From: Arcobacteraceae bacterium
GTDB taxonomy: Bacteria; Campylobacterota; Campylobacteria; Campylobacterales; Arcobacteraceae
Length of the DNA stretch: 64,000 bases
Assembly (NCBI GenBank): GCA_965224485.1
Contig: CBDCZH010000010.1
Span: 416,001 to 480,000, forward strand
Direction: 5' to 3'
Part shown: positions 1 through 11,878 of the stretch, in pieces
Position numbering within the stretch: position 1 is the stretch's first letter
Layout: the number at the start of each line of letters is the position of its first letter
Position numbers and translations under genes: made by a program
Notes under the pieces: model-generated
The model's input: the letters and a program-made list of their open reading frames with translations, nothing else
Databases searched by the model: none
Told to the model about the DNA's origin: nothing

Positions 1-1846
1 TCTTTTATAATAGCTACTTTTTTATAGTTTAAATCTTCTACTGAGTGAATATCATAATTATTTTGATTTACAAAAATATACTCTTTTGCCTTGAAGTAAC
101 TCTGCGAGAAATGACCAAATTTTTCTCTTTCTTTTGTATGAAAAATTGTAGGAATAAAATCAATTTTTTTATTTTTTATTTTATTAATTAAATTAGGCCA
201 AGAATCTTCATCTGGTATAAATTCTAAACCAGAGATATCTTCAATTTTTTTTAAAATATCGCCAACCATTCCAAGTATTTTATTGTTATTTACATATAAA
301 ACATTTCCCCAATTATCAATCCCAGTTATGATTTTAGGAGACTTTTTAATATACATTAATTCATTTTTTGTAAAAATTGAACTTTTTTCTTTTTTCTTAA
401 ACCATTTTTTATTTAAAGTATCTAACTGCTCTTTATTTATTGAGTTAATAGCTTTTGCATAGATATTAGTTAGTGTTTTATTGTTTTTAGAAGTACCAAT
501 TGATAAATTCCCATACTTACTATAAACTTGATCTACTATTTTTAAATTATATTTATTAATTAATGACTTATCAACATTTGTTAAAAAACTTGCATCTGCT
601 TTTCCTTGATTAATACTTTGAAGTACTTCTTCTAAAGTTTTTACATATATAATTTTAGTATTTAAATGCTTATCTTCTATTAGTTGATTGCTAATACTAT
701 TTTTTAAACTAACATAAGTCTTATTTTTAATATCCTTAATTGATTTGATTATAAAATTGTCTTTTTTAATAAGAAGATTATGTTGGGAGAAATAATAAGA
801 AGGCGAATAAGAAAAGATTTTTTCTCTTTTTAATGACCAAGATAAGCCAAAGATAGATTCATTTGTTTTCCTTAGTGAATTATCATATGCTTCTTCCCAA
901 TTATTATAAATTTTTAGTTTTATATTAGTATTTAAGTTTTTATTTATTATTTCTAATAAATCAAGATGAAAACCTACTAATTTTTTCTCTTTATTAATAA
1001 AGCTGTATTTAGGCCACTTTTTTAACAACTGAAATTCTTATGTTTTTATTTTCTTTTAAGTATTTTCTTTCCTCGAAGTTTAAAGTGTTAGTATTTTTTA
1101 CGTTTCTAAAACTTTTATTTTTAATCCATTTCTCTTCTAACTTCATGAGTTCATTTGAAGAAATTTGATTCATTCCTTTTAAAACAATTTTTTCTAGGTT
1201 TTCATTTTTTATATTAATTCCAGCAAAAAATAAATTTTTCAAATTGAAATTATTTACTCTAATTATTCTAGAAGTATTATTTTCTTCTTTTAAATAATGT
1301 AATGTCACCAAAGATTCATTTATAAAAGCACTTACCTTTTTATTTAGAAGTGCGGGAACTAATTCTTTATATAATTTATACCTAACTCTTTTTATTTTAG
1401 GATAATGATTTTTTAAATAGTTATCGTAAAAAGAATTATTAACTACGGCAACTCTTTTATTTTTTAAGTCATCTAGTGTTTTGATTATATTCTTATTTTC
1501 TTCATTTATAAATAGTGAAGAGCTAGTATTATAAATAGGATTTAAATACTTTATATATTTCTTTCTTTCTTTATTTTTAAATAAACCCATATGGACATCT
1601 GCTTGATTATTTTTAATAGTTTCTAGACTATCCTTCCAAGAATAAGCACTAAATGATACATTAATTCTGTTTTTTTTGACCATAGTTTCCAATAATCAAT
1701 TAAAAACCTTCAATTTTATTATTAGGAGTTTGATAACTATAAGGAACTAAATCTTTTGCCACTGCTATTTTAAGAACTAATTCTTTTGCATGGAGTAAAG
1801 AGAAGAATAAAAAAAATATTAACAAAAATGCAAATCTATTATTCAT
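1..1846 (-). CDS. Multi-domain periplasmic substrate-binding (SBP_bac_3-type) sensor protein, 3' end outside window, frameshifted as assembled
   Basis: ATG at 1846 with AGGAAGG RBS and signal peptide (MNNRFAFLLIFFLFF...). Continues KIAVAKDLVPYS..EGFLIDYWKLWSKK, then the ORF-track piece 1009..1692, then further SBP-like sequence to position 1. Single-base frame breaks near 1665-1680 and 1010-1025. Paralogous to the neighbouring gene. Confidence 0.75.
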
Positions 1847-1855
1847 AACCTTCCT

Positions 1856-4800
1856 TTATACATGTAAAATTATAATAAAATTTACTCCCTTATTAACTTC
1901 ACTAAAGCATTTAATCGTTCCTTTTAATCTAGAAGTAATAATATTATAAATTATATTTAGTCCAAGTCCAGAGCCACCATTTTCTCTATTTGTAGTAAAA
2001 AAGGGATCAAATATTTTGTTTGTTAGCTCTTTTTTTATTCCTTTTCCATTATCTTTATATATAATTCTTATTTCCTTTTTTTCTTGTTTTATATCAATAT
2101 TTATTTGTCCTTTTTCTTTATTCTCAAAGCATGAATAAGTGAATTCATAATTAAATTAGTAATTATTTGAGAATAGTATCCTGGATATGAGTTTATTTCT
2201 ATGTTTTCCTTACATGTATAAGATATATTAACATTGCTTTTTTTAGTAACAGAATGAATACTTTGTAAAATTTCATCCATATAAAGAGCTAGATTAAATA
2301 CTCTTTTCTCTTCACTACTTTGATCAACGGCAACTTGTTTAAAAGATTTAACTAGATTAGCAGCCTTATCTAAGTTTTTATGAATTAAAACACTTAAATC
2401 TTTTGATGTTTCTAATATTCTTCAAATTCATCTTGGTCCATTTTATTTTCATTATATTTACTATTTATCTCTTCTGTAATACTTTTAAAATGAGTAATAC
2501 CTGTAAGACCTATACCAATAGGTGTATTTATCTCATGGGCAACCCCTGCAACTAAAGCTCCTAAACTTGCCATTTTTTCTGATTCTACTAAGTGGTTTTT
2601 TGCTAGGTGAAGATTATTGATTGTTACTTCTAATTCCTTGTTTGCTTTTTCTAAATCTTTTGATCTTTTTAATACTTCATTTTCTAATCTTTTTCTATCA
2701 CTTATATCCCTACATACAATTTGAATAATATTTTCATCATTAATATTTAACCTTGTTGCTACAAGCTCTAAGTAAAACTTTTCTTTTTTAAACTATGTGC
2801 TGTCCAATAAAATTTAATATTCCCTTTTTCTAAGCATAAATCCAAAAGTCTTTTTATTTTAATTTTTGAATTTTCTCCATCTTCTTGTACTGTAGGAGAT
2901 TTAGAACCAGGTTCTTGAGCTAAAAAATCTTCTTTACTTTTTACGTTAAAAAGTATTAAAGCTGCTGTATTAACATCAATATATTTATAATCTTTTATTA
3001 GAAAAATTGCATCTGAAGCATCTTGAAATAAGGTTTCAAAATTTTTCTTTTGCTCTTCTAATTCAACTTGCAGTTTTTTACTTTTACTAATATCTCTGCA
3101 TAACATATGTAATACATCTTCATTATTATAATGTAACTTCGTAATTATAAATTCTAGCCAAAATTCTGTTCCATTAAAATCCTTACAAAGCCATTCAAAT
3201 CTTATAGTACCTTTTTTTATAACACTGCTGTAACTTTTCTTTCATTACATCTGTTGATCTTTGCATATTGTTTTGATAAATAGGGGACATGGTTCCAGGT
3301 TCATTTTTTAAAAAATCTTCTTTATTCTTACATTTGAAAAGTTCTAAAACAGCATTGTTTACATCTATATATTTACCATTCTTTGATAATATTACTCCAT
3401 CTTGAGTATCTAAAAAAAGAGTTTCAAACTTTTTCTTTTCTTCTTCTATTTCTTTATTTGCAAGTTTTAATTTTCTTATAAAAAAAATAACTAATAAAGA
3501 AATAACTAAAAATATACTTAAAATATAATATAAAATCCTATAGTCAATTGAAGTGTTAATATTTGTATGAATCCATTTTTCTCTAATTTTAAGTTTTTGA
3601 TCAAGCGGAATTGAATCAATTACTTTGTTTAGAATTGAATTTAAAACCTGATTGTCTTTTTTTACTAAAAAATGATGAGTATACTTATCATCTAAGACTC
3701 CTGCAATTTTTAGATTGGAATAATAGTTTTGAATATTATAAGTAGCTATTGCATAATGCATTATTGTAGCATCTGCTGTATTTTTCAAAATCTTTTCTAA
3801 AGCTTCTTCTTCTGTATCCACAAGAATAATTTTTATATTAGGATAGTTCTTTTTTATCTTTTTATATAAAGAAAAATTTTCTCTTAAAGCTAAGGTTTTT
3901 CCTTTTAATTCTGAAATATGATCTGTAAATGTTGCATTTTTATTAGATACTATTACATAATTAAATGATTCAAATTTTTTGCTTAATAAACCTCTTTTTT
4001 TATCTGCTTCGTCTTCGTTATAAGATAATAAAATATCAAGTTCTTTCTTATCAAAACTATTTATTACATCAGACCATTTTTTTTGTTTTATATGTTTAAA
4101 TTTTAAAGAAGTTTTTTTAGTTATTTCTCTTTTATAATCACTTAATAAACCATCATCATAACCTTTTTCATTAATAAAAACAAAAGGTTTCCAAGAAGTT
4201 TCTGCATATTTTAAGATTGGATTATTTTTAATATACAAAAGCTCTGCTTTTGTGAAATTAAGTATAGAAGAGCTTTTAAATTCTGGTATATTTATATATT
4301 TAGAAAGTATTTCATTCTTTTCTATATCTGAAATAGCAAAAAGTGATTTCTTTAAAATTTGATGTAATATCAAATCATCTTTTCTTGAGGCTATTTTAAG
4401 CCCAAGAGATTTTATATCGTCTTGATAAATAGTTTTTATATTATTTACCAATGCTTCTTTTATTTTGTTTTTTGCTATTATTTCTAATTCAAAAAAGGCT
4501 GATACTTCGTTGTTTTGTAATAGTTTTATTGATTCCAATAAGTTTTTAGTTTCAATAATCTTAATTTTAGGAAATTTTTCTTTAATAATATTTAAAACAG
4601 CATCAGATTTCTCAATTGCAAGTTTTTTGCCATTTAACTCTTTAAATGATTTAATAGACATATTATTTTCTTTTACAAATAAAGAGGAAGAATAGTTTAT
4701 GTATTTTTGTGTAAATAAAGCAAAGTTATCTCTTTTTTTATTTTGTACAACAGTTGGTAAAATATCAAGTTCTTTATTTTTTAGTTTTTCTAAAAGAATA

Positions 4801-6455
4801 TGCCAATCATCAGAAAAAACTTCAAATTTAAGACCTGATAATGTACTTATTTTTTTAAAAATATCACCTGCAATTCCATCAAATTTTTTTCCATCTTTAA
4901 TAAAAGAAATTGGTTTATAATTGTTCACTCCGACTTTAATAAAAGATGACTTATTTATGTAATTTAGTTCTTCTTTTGTAAAAATAGAACTTTTCTTTTT
5001 ATTAAACCATTTTTTAATTAAAACTTGCATTTGTGATTTTGAAATAGAAAGAATTGCTTTTTTTACGATTGAGCTTAATATCTTATTCTTTTTTTTTGAT
5101 CCTATATATAGTTCACCTTCTTTAACATAAATATCTTTTATATTTTTTAATCCATACTCTTTTAGTTCTTCTTCATTAATAGCCCCAATTAAAGTAACAT
5201 CAATATCTTTATTTTTAAGTGCTAAAAAAATATCCTTTTTATTTTTATAAGAACTTATTATGCTATTTGGAGCTAAACGTTTAATAGTTGAGTTTATAAT
5301 TGATTTATTTAAATAAGCTACTTTTTTATAATTAAAATCCTTAATATTTTTTATATTTTCATTTTTATTTCTTACTATTATTTTAAAAGGAGTAAAATAA
5401 TATGCAGGAGAATATGAAAATATTTCTTCTCTTTTTTTTGACCATGAAAGTGCAAAAATTCCATCACTTGAGTCTTTTAGGACACTATTATATGCATTTT
5501 CCCAAGAATTAAAAGCTTTAGTTGCAAATCTTGTTCCTAGATTTTGATTTATAATTTTAATTATATCTTGATGGAAACCAATTAATTTTTTATTAGCATC
5601 TAAATAAGAAAAATATTTCCAAGTATTTACTGTTGCTATATTTATTTTTGTTTTGGTATTTAAATAATTAACTTCTTCTTCATTTAAAATTGTATTATTT
5701 TTATGCTGTTCTAAATACCTTAAATTTTTGTTACTCACCCATTTCTCTTCAATTTTAAGTACCTCTTCTTTTGATATTTGTTCCATACCCTCTAAAACTA
5801 TCTTCTTAAGTTTTTTATTATTTTTTTTAATTGCTGCATAAAACCAATTTTTTAATTCAAAGTTTTTAATCTTATCAACAGCATTATAATCAAAATATCT
5901 TATTGTATTTGTCCATAAAAGTAAGTCATCATCTATAAAAGAAGTAATTTTTTCATTTTTAATTGCTTGATTTAAGTCATTATATGTGTTAAATGTTTTT
6001 AATTTAATCTTAGGAAAATAATTTGAAAAAAAGTCTTCATAGAAGGTACCTTTGACAAGTCCTAAATTTAAGTTTGTTAAGTCTTTTAATTCTTTAATAT
6101 TTTTATTTTTAAAAGTATAAATATTAGATTTTGTATAATATATTTTATTTAAGTACTCAAGATATTGTTCTCTTTTTTTATTTTTAAATAAACCTGAGTG
6201 AATATCAACATTTTTTGTTTTCATCTTTTCTAAATTTTCATTCCAAGTTGAAGCAACAAATTCTATTTTAAGACCAGTTTTTTTTGACCATAAATTCCAA
6301 TAGTCAATAAAAATACCTTTATTATGACCATTTTTATCTACAAAAGAATAAGGTTTCATATCTGTTGAAATAGCAATTTTTAATGTTTTAGTGTTTGAAA
6401 ATAGTTGATTTGTAAAAAATAATAAAATAAAAAGTAAATAAAATATTTTGTTCAT
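1856..6455 (-). CDS. Sensor histidine kinase with four tandem SBP_bac_3-type domains, TM, two PAS domains and HisKA/HATPase; frameshifted as assembled
   Basis: ORF 3195..6455 (four SBP repeats, TM, PAS) plus ORF 2768..3106 (second PAS). Downstream frames read [22 protein letters not shown] (H-box, ~2520-2580), YKDNGKG and [18 protein letters not shown]; stop TAA at 1856-1858. Several single-base frame breaks. Confidence 0.8.
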
Positions 6456-6552
6456 ATTAAACCTAAAAAATAATATATAATAATAAATATTATATATTAT
6501 TTTAAATTATTTTATATTAAAAGGGTATTAAATATTATTTTATATAAAAATA

Positions 6553-8218
6553 TTAAAAAGTATTTCTTTTAACTGCTCTTTCATGGTATTTGTAATTGTT
6601 TTTTTTATTTATATATAAATAAAATGGAACAGTATTACTCATAGATTGTTTTAATCTTTTTCTTAATGTTGAGATTTCATCTATTTTTATAAGATTAGAA
6701 CCATCATAAAGAGTAAAGTTTTTATCAACTCCAAGGGAGAAAGAAACTATTTGATAGCTTATAAATTGTTCTTCATTTTCATACTTTTTAATAAATGCAT
6801 CTAACTCTTTTTGTAGTTTAATATGTTTTTTTGCAGTTATATATCCAAAACTTTCTCTAAATTTATACCTTTGTATTTTTGTAAAATCTAAAATATTATA
6901 AAATTGGTTTAGATTTTTCCAAAGAGATTTAAATACTCTTTTACCAAATAATACTTCTTCAAAACATAATAAGTATTTTTTATCATCTTGTAATAAGATT
7001 TTTTTGTGTTTAATTGTCAAATACTCTTTTTTAAATAAAGTAATTAACCAGTTTTCATCTAAACTTGAAATAAGGTCAAGCTTTTTTTCCTTATTCTTTT
7101 GTGCAAAAACTCCCCACAACATTGATATTTGTGAGCTTAAATCTGAAGATTGTTTAGTAGATGAGAAGTATTTTTTTCCTAAATATAAAAACAACATTTT
7201 CTAATAAAGCATCAGTTTTAGCAATTCCAAAATTATGTATAACTTTTTTATAAAGATTAAACCTCATTTCTAATAAATGCTCAATATCAATTAAACCCAT
7301 ATCAAAAAAAGACAAGGTATATCTCTTTTTGTCATCTTTTACTAAAATACAATGTTTAGTTATTCTTAAATGATCAGTAGGGCCTCCAATATATCCAGAA
7401 GCTAACATATCTCTATTTATATAATCTAGCCTATCTGCATCAACAGTTGAGCTTACAAAGGTATGTAAAACAGCAAAATCAAAACCTGCATAAACTTTTT
7501 CTTCTAAAATAAGTTTTATTAATTTATGTAAGAGTTTCAAATAAGAGTGATTTTTTTCATTTTCTTCTTTTAGTTCATACTCAAATAAAATATCTATAAA
7601 TTCATTACCTATTGCTTCATGTAATACTTCTTTAGAATTTTTAGTTATCTTTTCATAAAATTCTTTAAATATTTTCTCTTTGTCATTTGTGGCATTTGTA
7701 TTTAAATATAATTTTTTTAAAGCATTTTCAACTTGATGAGAAAAAGGAAGATGTCCAACATCATGTAATAATGCTACTAGTCTTAAAGCTTGAAGTATTA
7801 TTGTATAAACATCTTTTTGTGTTTTACTTTTAAATGGAATAGAGAATTGAAAAAGTGCTTTATTATCAAAATAATTAATATTTCCACCTAAAGATATTTG
7901 TAAGTCATCTTCTTTTATTATCTGTTTCATTGCTATTTTAAGGTCTTTAAAAAATGAATTTTTAATATCTTTGTTTGCATTTAAAAAAGCATTTTTAAGC
8001 ATGTATGAACTTACATGCATTGTTCCTAAAGAGTGTATAAATCTTCTTGTTGTAATAGAAGGATAAGAAAAATATGCAAGTGCATTTTGTGTTATAAACT
8101 GCAATCTACTTAAAATTTTTGTTTGAAGTATCTTATCTTCTAGTTTTGTATACTCTATATGTTGATAAATCGTATCGTTTATTAATCTACTTTGGATTGT
8201 TTCTTGCCTCTTTTTCAA
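6553..8218 (-). CDS. HD-domain phosphohydrolase (dGTPase/SAMHD1-like), frameshifted near 7190
   Basis: Motifs RFIHSLGTMH, ALLHDVGHLPFSH, HE, DADRLDYINRD. ORFs 7154..8242 and 6553..7197 join across one frameshift. Probable TTG start at 8218 (MKKRQETIQ...). Confidence 0.8.
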
Positions 8219-9575
8219 ATATTCGCTCTGTAAATTCTGCAAATTTACCGCGTACTGCTTTTTCTAACTCTATTGCAAACATATTAATCTCTTTATGTTT
8301 AAAGTTAGTTTGTTTTAGCAAAGAGGTAAGTCCATTATTATATTTATTTAAGTACATATTATCAATTTGTCTATTTGAACCAATTATTATTGCCATGCAA
8401 GATTCATCTAAACGTGAGAGTAATAATTGAGTTGTATTCTCACTTGAGTTTTGCCACTCATCCATAATAACAATAGAAGAGCTAAGCGTTCTTCCTCTTG
8501 CTTCTCCTGGCCATAAAGTTTCAATGCAATACTTTGATCTAATTTCTTCTATTTTTGAATCAATTGATTCTTTATTCTCTTTATTTTCACTTTTTTTAAG
8601 ATGTTTTTTTGCAATAAACTCTAAGGTATCACTTAAAGCCATATTATAAATTCTGAATTTTTCTTCATTTCCAGCTAAGAAACCAACATCAGCTCCTTTG
8701 TCTAAAGATTCAATTGAATTTCTTACATAAATTATCTTATCATATAAACCTAAATCAATTAATCTCATAGCACAAACAATTGATATTAAAGTTTTACCAG
8801 AACCAGCTTTAGCATCTATTACTAAAACATCATAAATATTACTTAAAATTGCTTTACAAAAAAGTTTTTGTTTTAAGTTTACTGGTTTTACCTGTAATGC
8901 TTTAAAATCATTCTCTTCTAGGGTATTGATTTTATTATTATAAATAATGGCATATTTTTTATTGCCATCTTTACTTTCAAAAGAGTATGAGAAGTTTTCA
9001 TATTCATAGTTTTTATCAAAATCTTTTATATTTTTTGCATCGAGTGTATTAAACTCACTTGAATCAAGTTTGATTTTTTTTACAAATAAAAATTTTGGAA
9101 CTATAGATTTATCTTCATGTAAGGTTTCTGTTTTTATATCTTTTAATTGTGCAAATGTTCTAGCATAAACATCAAGAGATAAAAATATTATTTTACTACC
9201 TTTATAATATTCTTGCGCTGTAAGTGCTATTTCAATAATTCTTTTATCATTACTTTCACTTAAGTGTTCTTGCTCAATCTGGGCCTCATACTCATCTTTT
9301 GCAATGATATGTAAGATTAAGTCATTATTGAAGTATTTAACAACTTTATAACCATCTTTATGATCAACTTCTTTCATTTTCATTTTTGCTAATAATCTTG
9401 CAAATTCTCTTGAATAATAACCTAATTCATTTGGAAGTTTCTTTTTATCTTCTAATTCAAAAAGCACAGTTTCTGGAACTACTATAATATTACTTCGTTT
9501 ATCAGAAACTTTATAAAGGTTTTTGATATTTTGTAAAATTATATTTGTATCAATTACATAAATTTTTTCTTTCAT
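8187..9575 (-). CDS. PIN-domain PhoH family ATPase
   Basis: N-terminal PIN (YVIDTNIIL, ELED, NDKRII, SLD). C-terminal PhoH P-loop AKAGSGKT, RGRTL, IIMDEWQN, GSNRQID. Confidence 0.9.
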   Translation of the reverse strand: MKEKIYVIDTNIILQNIKNLYKVSDKRSNIIVVPETVLFELEDKKKLPNELGYYSREFARLLAKMKMKEVDHKDGYKVVKYFNNDLILHIIAKDEYEAQIEQEHLSESNDKRIIEIALTAQEYYKGSKIIFLSLDVYARTFAQLKDIKTETLHEDKSIVPKFLFVKKIKLDSSEFNTLDAKNIKDFDKNYEYENFSYSFESKDGNKKYAIIYNNKINTLEENDFKALQVKPVNLKQKLFCKAILSNIYDVLVIDAKAGSGKTLISIVCAMRLIDLGLYDKIIYVRNSIESLDKGADVGFLAGNEEKFRIYNMALSDTLEFIAKKHLKKSENKENKESIDSKIEEIRSKYCIETLWPGEARGRTLSSSIVIMDEWQNSSENTTQLLLSRLDESCMAIIIGSNRQIDNMYLNKYNNGLTSLLKQTNFKHKEINMFAIELEKAVRGKFAEFTERIFEKEARNNPK

Positions 9576-9679
9576 AAATAAAGTATGACATGAGTTAATT
9601 ACAGTTTAATTACAAAATTAAGATTATTTATCTATTTTAAATTGCAAATTGTATATAATATATTTATCATAGGAGTAAT

Positions 9680-10003
9680 ATGAAAAAGATATTTTTAATA
9701 TTATGTTTAAGTATTGTTTTATTTGCAAAAGAGGGTAGTTCTGCAAGAGGACAAACCTATTATCAATTTATTATAAAACCCATTTTAGGTTTTAATGGTG
9801 ATGTTTTTGCTAAAAAATATACACAAAAACAGTGGAAAAGTATTTTTTTACATGAAGGAAAACTATTAAAAATGATTTTCTCAAATGAAGAATTTAATAC
9901 TTTTTTAAAAAGTAAAAAATTCTTAGATATTCAATATGATTTAAAAGCATTTGCTTTAGAATATGCAAGAGACACAGGTTCAGTTGCCTCTTGTGAAGAA
10001 TAA
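9680..10003 (+). CDS. Small exported protein of a Campylobacterota family often labelled 'cytochrome c' but with no CxxCH
   Basis: GGAG RBS, signal peptide, RGQxYY...GFNGxxFAxKxTQxxW...YAxDxGxVxSC pattern. Confidence 0.6.
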   Translation: MKKIFLILCLSIVLFAKEGSSARGQTYYQFIIKPILGFNGDVFAKKYTQKQWKSIFLHEGKLLKMIFSNEEFNTFLKSKKFLDIQYDLKAFALEYARDTGSVASCEE

Positions 10004-10033
10004 AAAGAATCTTATTTTAAATATACAATGCTC

Positions 10034-11878
10034 TTAGCATTGTATATTTGAAGCTAAATATCTTTTATTATCTACTTTTTTAATTTGTGAAAAGTTATCT
10101 AAATAATCTAAATAAGTAACAATATATTTTCTTGAAATTGGAAACTTTTCTTTAAAGTTTTTTATCTCAATAAATCCATCTACTTTAATAATTTCATTCA
10201 TCGCTTGTACAATTTTATTTAAAGAAATACTATGAACAAAAATATTATGAGCAAGCCTAATTACTTGTTTTTTAGCACATAAAGACTTTAAGATATTATC
10301 TCCTAAAACTCTGTCTAAATCTAGTTCATCATAAATATTATATGGAGCAGTTGGCATAAAATCTTCTTGTTCTAATCTATCTAAGAATATTTTTTCTAAG
10401 GAGTCTTGAAAGTTCTCTTTTATATTAGCATTTTGATATAAATTACCATCTTTTTTTAAAATATTTTCTTCTTCTAGTTCATCAAGAGCTAGGGTAATAA
10501 AAGCCTCACTTGCCCATTTTAATCGCAGATTAATTGAAACAACTGAAAGTAGGGCATATTGATTTTTTTTATAAATCTCTTTTATTATCTCTTTAATATT
10601 ATCTTTTGAAGAAAGTGGATAAATTATTAAATCTTTTTCATCAATAAAAGCAGAAGGGAGTTCTTTTGCTATACGTAAAGCCTCTTTATGTCCAAGAGCA
10701 AATCTTTGGGCTGAAGATATTAGTCCTAAACCTTTTTTATGAGCATTTAATAAAATACTATATGCTTCTTTTATATCTTCTTTATGTAAAGCTTCTAGTA
10801 AAATATTCTTTTGAGATTTTTTCATAGGGTCTATTACTGGGTTTAAAATAACTCCCCCAGCAATTGTTCTATTTCCTTCTCTAATAATTAATTTTTCACC
10901 ATAAATACAAAAAATATCAGAACTTGCTTTTATTGTTGCAAATCCACTTTCTAGTGAGTCTTGGCTTGTAAATAATAAAACCTTTGCTTCAAGTTTTTTA
11001 GCACCTAAATAAATAGTATAAACTCTATTGTGATGTAGTTTTTTATCTTTTAAAGCATTAAAAGAAATATCAATAGAGTTAAAACCTCTTAAAAAACCTT
11101 TTTTTGATAAAACTGAACCTCTTGATATTTTTTTAGTATCAACTCCACTTATATTAATAGCAACTCTATTTGATATATGTGCTGTTTGCACATCATTCCC
11201 ATGAACTTGTAAATTTTTTATTTTTACTTCTTTTTTTAAATCACATATAAAAATCTTTTCATTTACACTTATATCATTTCCTAGAACAGTACCAGTAACA
11301 ATTGTACCAGCACCCTTAGTTGAGAAAACTCTATCTACGTAATATCTAAAAAAGTTTTCTTTTTGTTTATTTGTAGCTTTTAGGTCAAATAAGGCATTTC
11401 TTAAAATATTAATAGATTCTTCATCATAAATAGAAACACAAAAACTATGAATTATTTCAAAATCATATGCTTTTACAAAAGATAAGATTTCTTCTTCTTT
11501 CTTTTTTAACTCATCTTGTGAAATTAAATCTTTTTTTGAAATAACAACAATAGCTTTTTTAACACCAACAAGTTTTAATATTTCTAAATGCTCAATAGTT
11601 TGAGGTTTTATTCCTTCTTGGGCACTAATAACAATCATCACACAATCAAAAGAAAAAGCTCCTGCAATCATATTTTTAATTAGTTTCTCATGCCCTGGAA
11701 CATCAATAAAAGCAACATTTTTTCCACCTTTTTGGATATTTGAAAAAGATAAATCAATAGTAATTCCTCTTTCTTGCTCTTCTTTAGTACTATCACCTTC
11801 ATAACCGTTTAAGGCTTTAATTAAAGCCGTTTTACCATGATCAATATGCCCACAAGTTCCAATAATATAATTAGTCAT
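10034..11878 (-). CDS. selB: Selenocysteine-specific elongation factor
   Basis: GTCGHIDHGKT, ERGITIDL, DVPGHEK GTPase motifs; C-terminal winged helix SRKYIVTYLDYLD; directly downstream of selA. Confidence 0.97.
   Translation of the reverse strand: MTNYIIGTCGHIDHGKTALIKALNGYEGDSTKEEQERGITIDLSFSNIQKGGKNVAFIDVPGHEKLIKNMIAGAFSFDCVMIVISAQEGIKPQTIEHLEILKLVGVKKAIVVISKKDLISQDELKKKEEEILSFVKAYDFEIIHSFCVSIYDEESINILRNALFDLKATNKQKENFFRYYVDRVFSTKGAGTIVTGTVLGNDISVNEKIFICDLKKEVKIKNLQVHGNDVQTAHISNRVAINISGVDTKKISRGSVLSKKGFLRGFNSIDISFNALKDKKLHHNRVYTIYLGAKKLEAKVLLFTSQDSLESGFATIKASSDIFCIYGEKLIIREGNRTIAGGVILNPVIDPMKKSQKNILLEALHKEDIKEAYSILLNAHKKGLGLISSAQRFALGHKEALRIAKELPSAFIDEKDLIIYPLSSKDNIKEIIKEIYKKNQYALLSVVSINLRLKWASEAFITLALDELEEENILKKDGNLYQNANIKENFQDSLEKIFLDRLEQEDFMPTAPYNIYDELDLDRVLGDNILKSLCAKKQVIRLAHNIFVHSISLNKIVQAMNEIIKVDGFIEIKNFKEKFPISRKYIVTYLDYLDNFSQIKKVDNKRYLASNIQC

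Noticed and set aside
8187..8242. Possible PIN-PhoH-HD fusion broken by a homopolymer error
   Set aside because: An in-frame TTG at 8218 with a weak upstream GAG explains the HD start, and PhoH ends at a normal position. Not excluded without reads.
9680..10003. c-type cytochrome
   Set aside because: No CxxCH haem-attachment motif.
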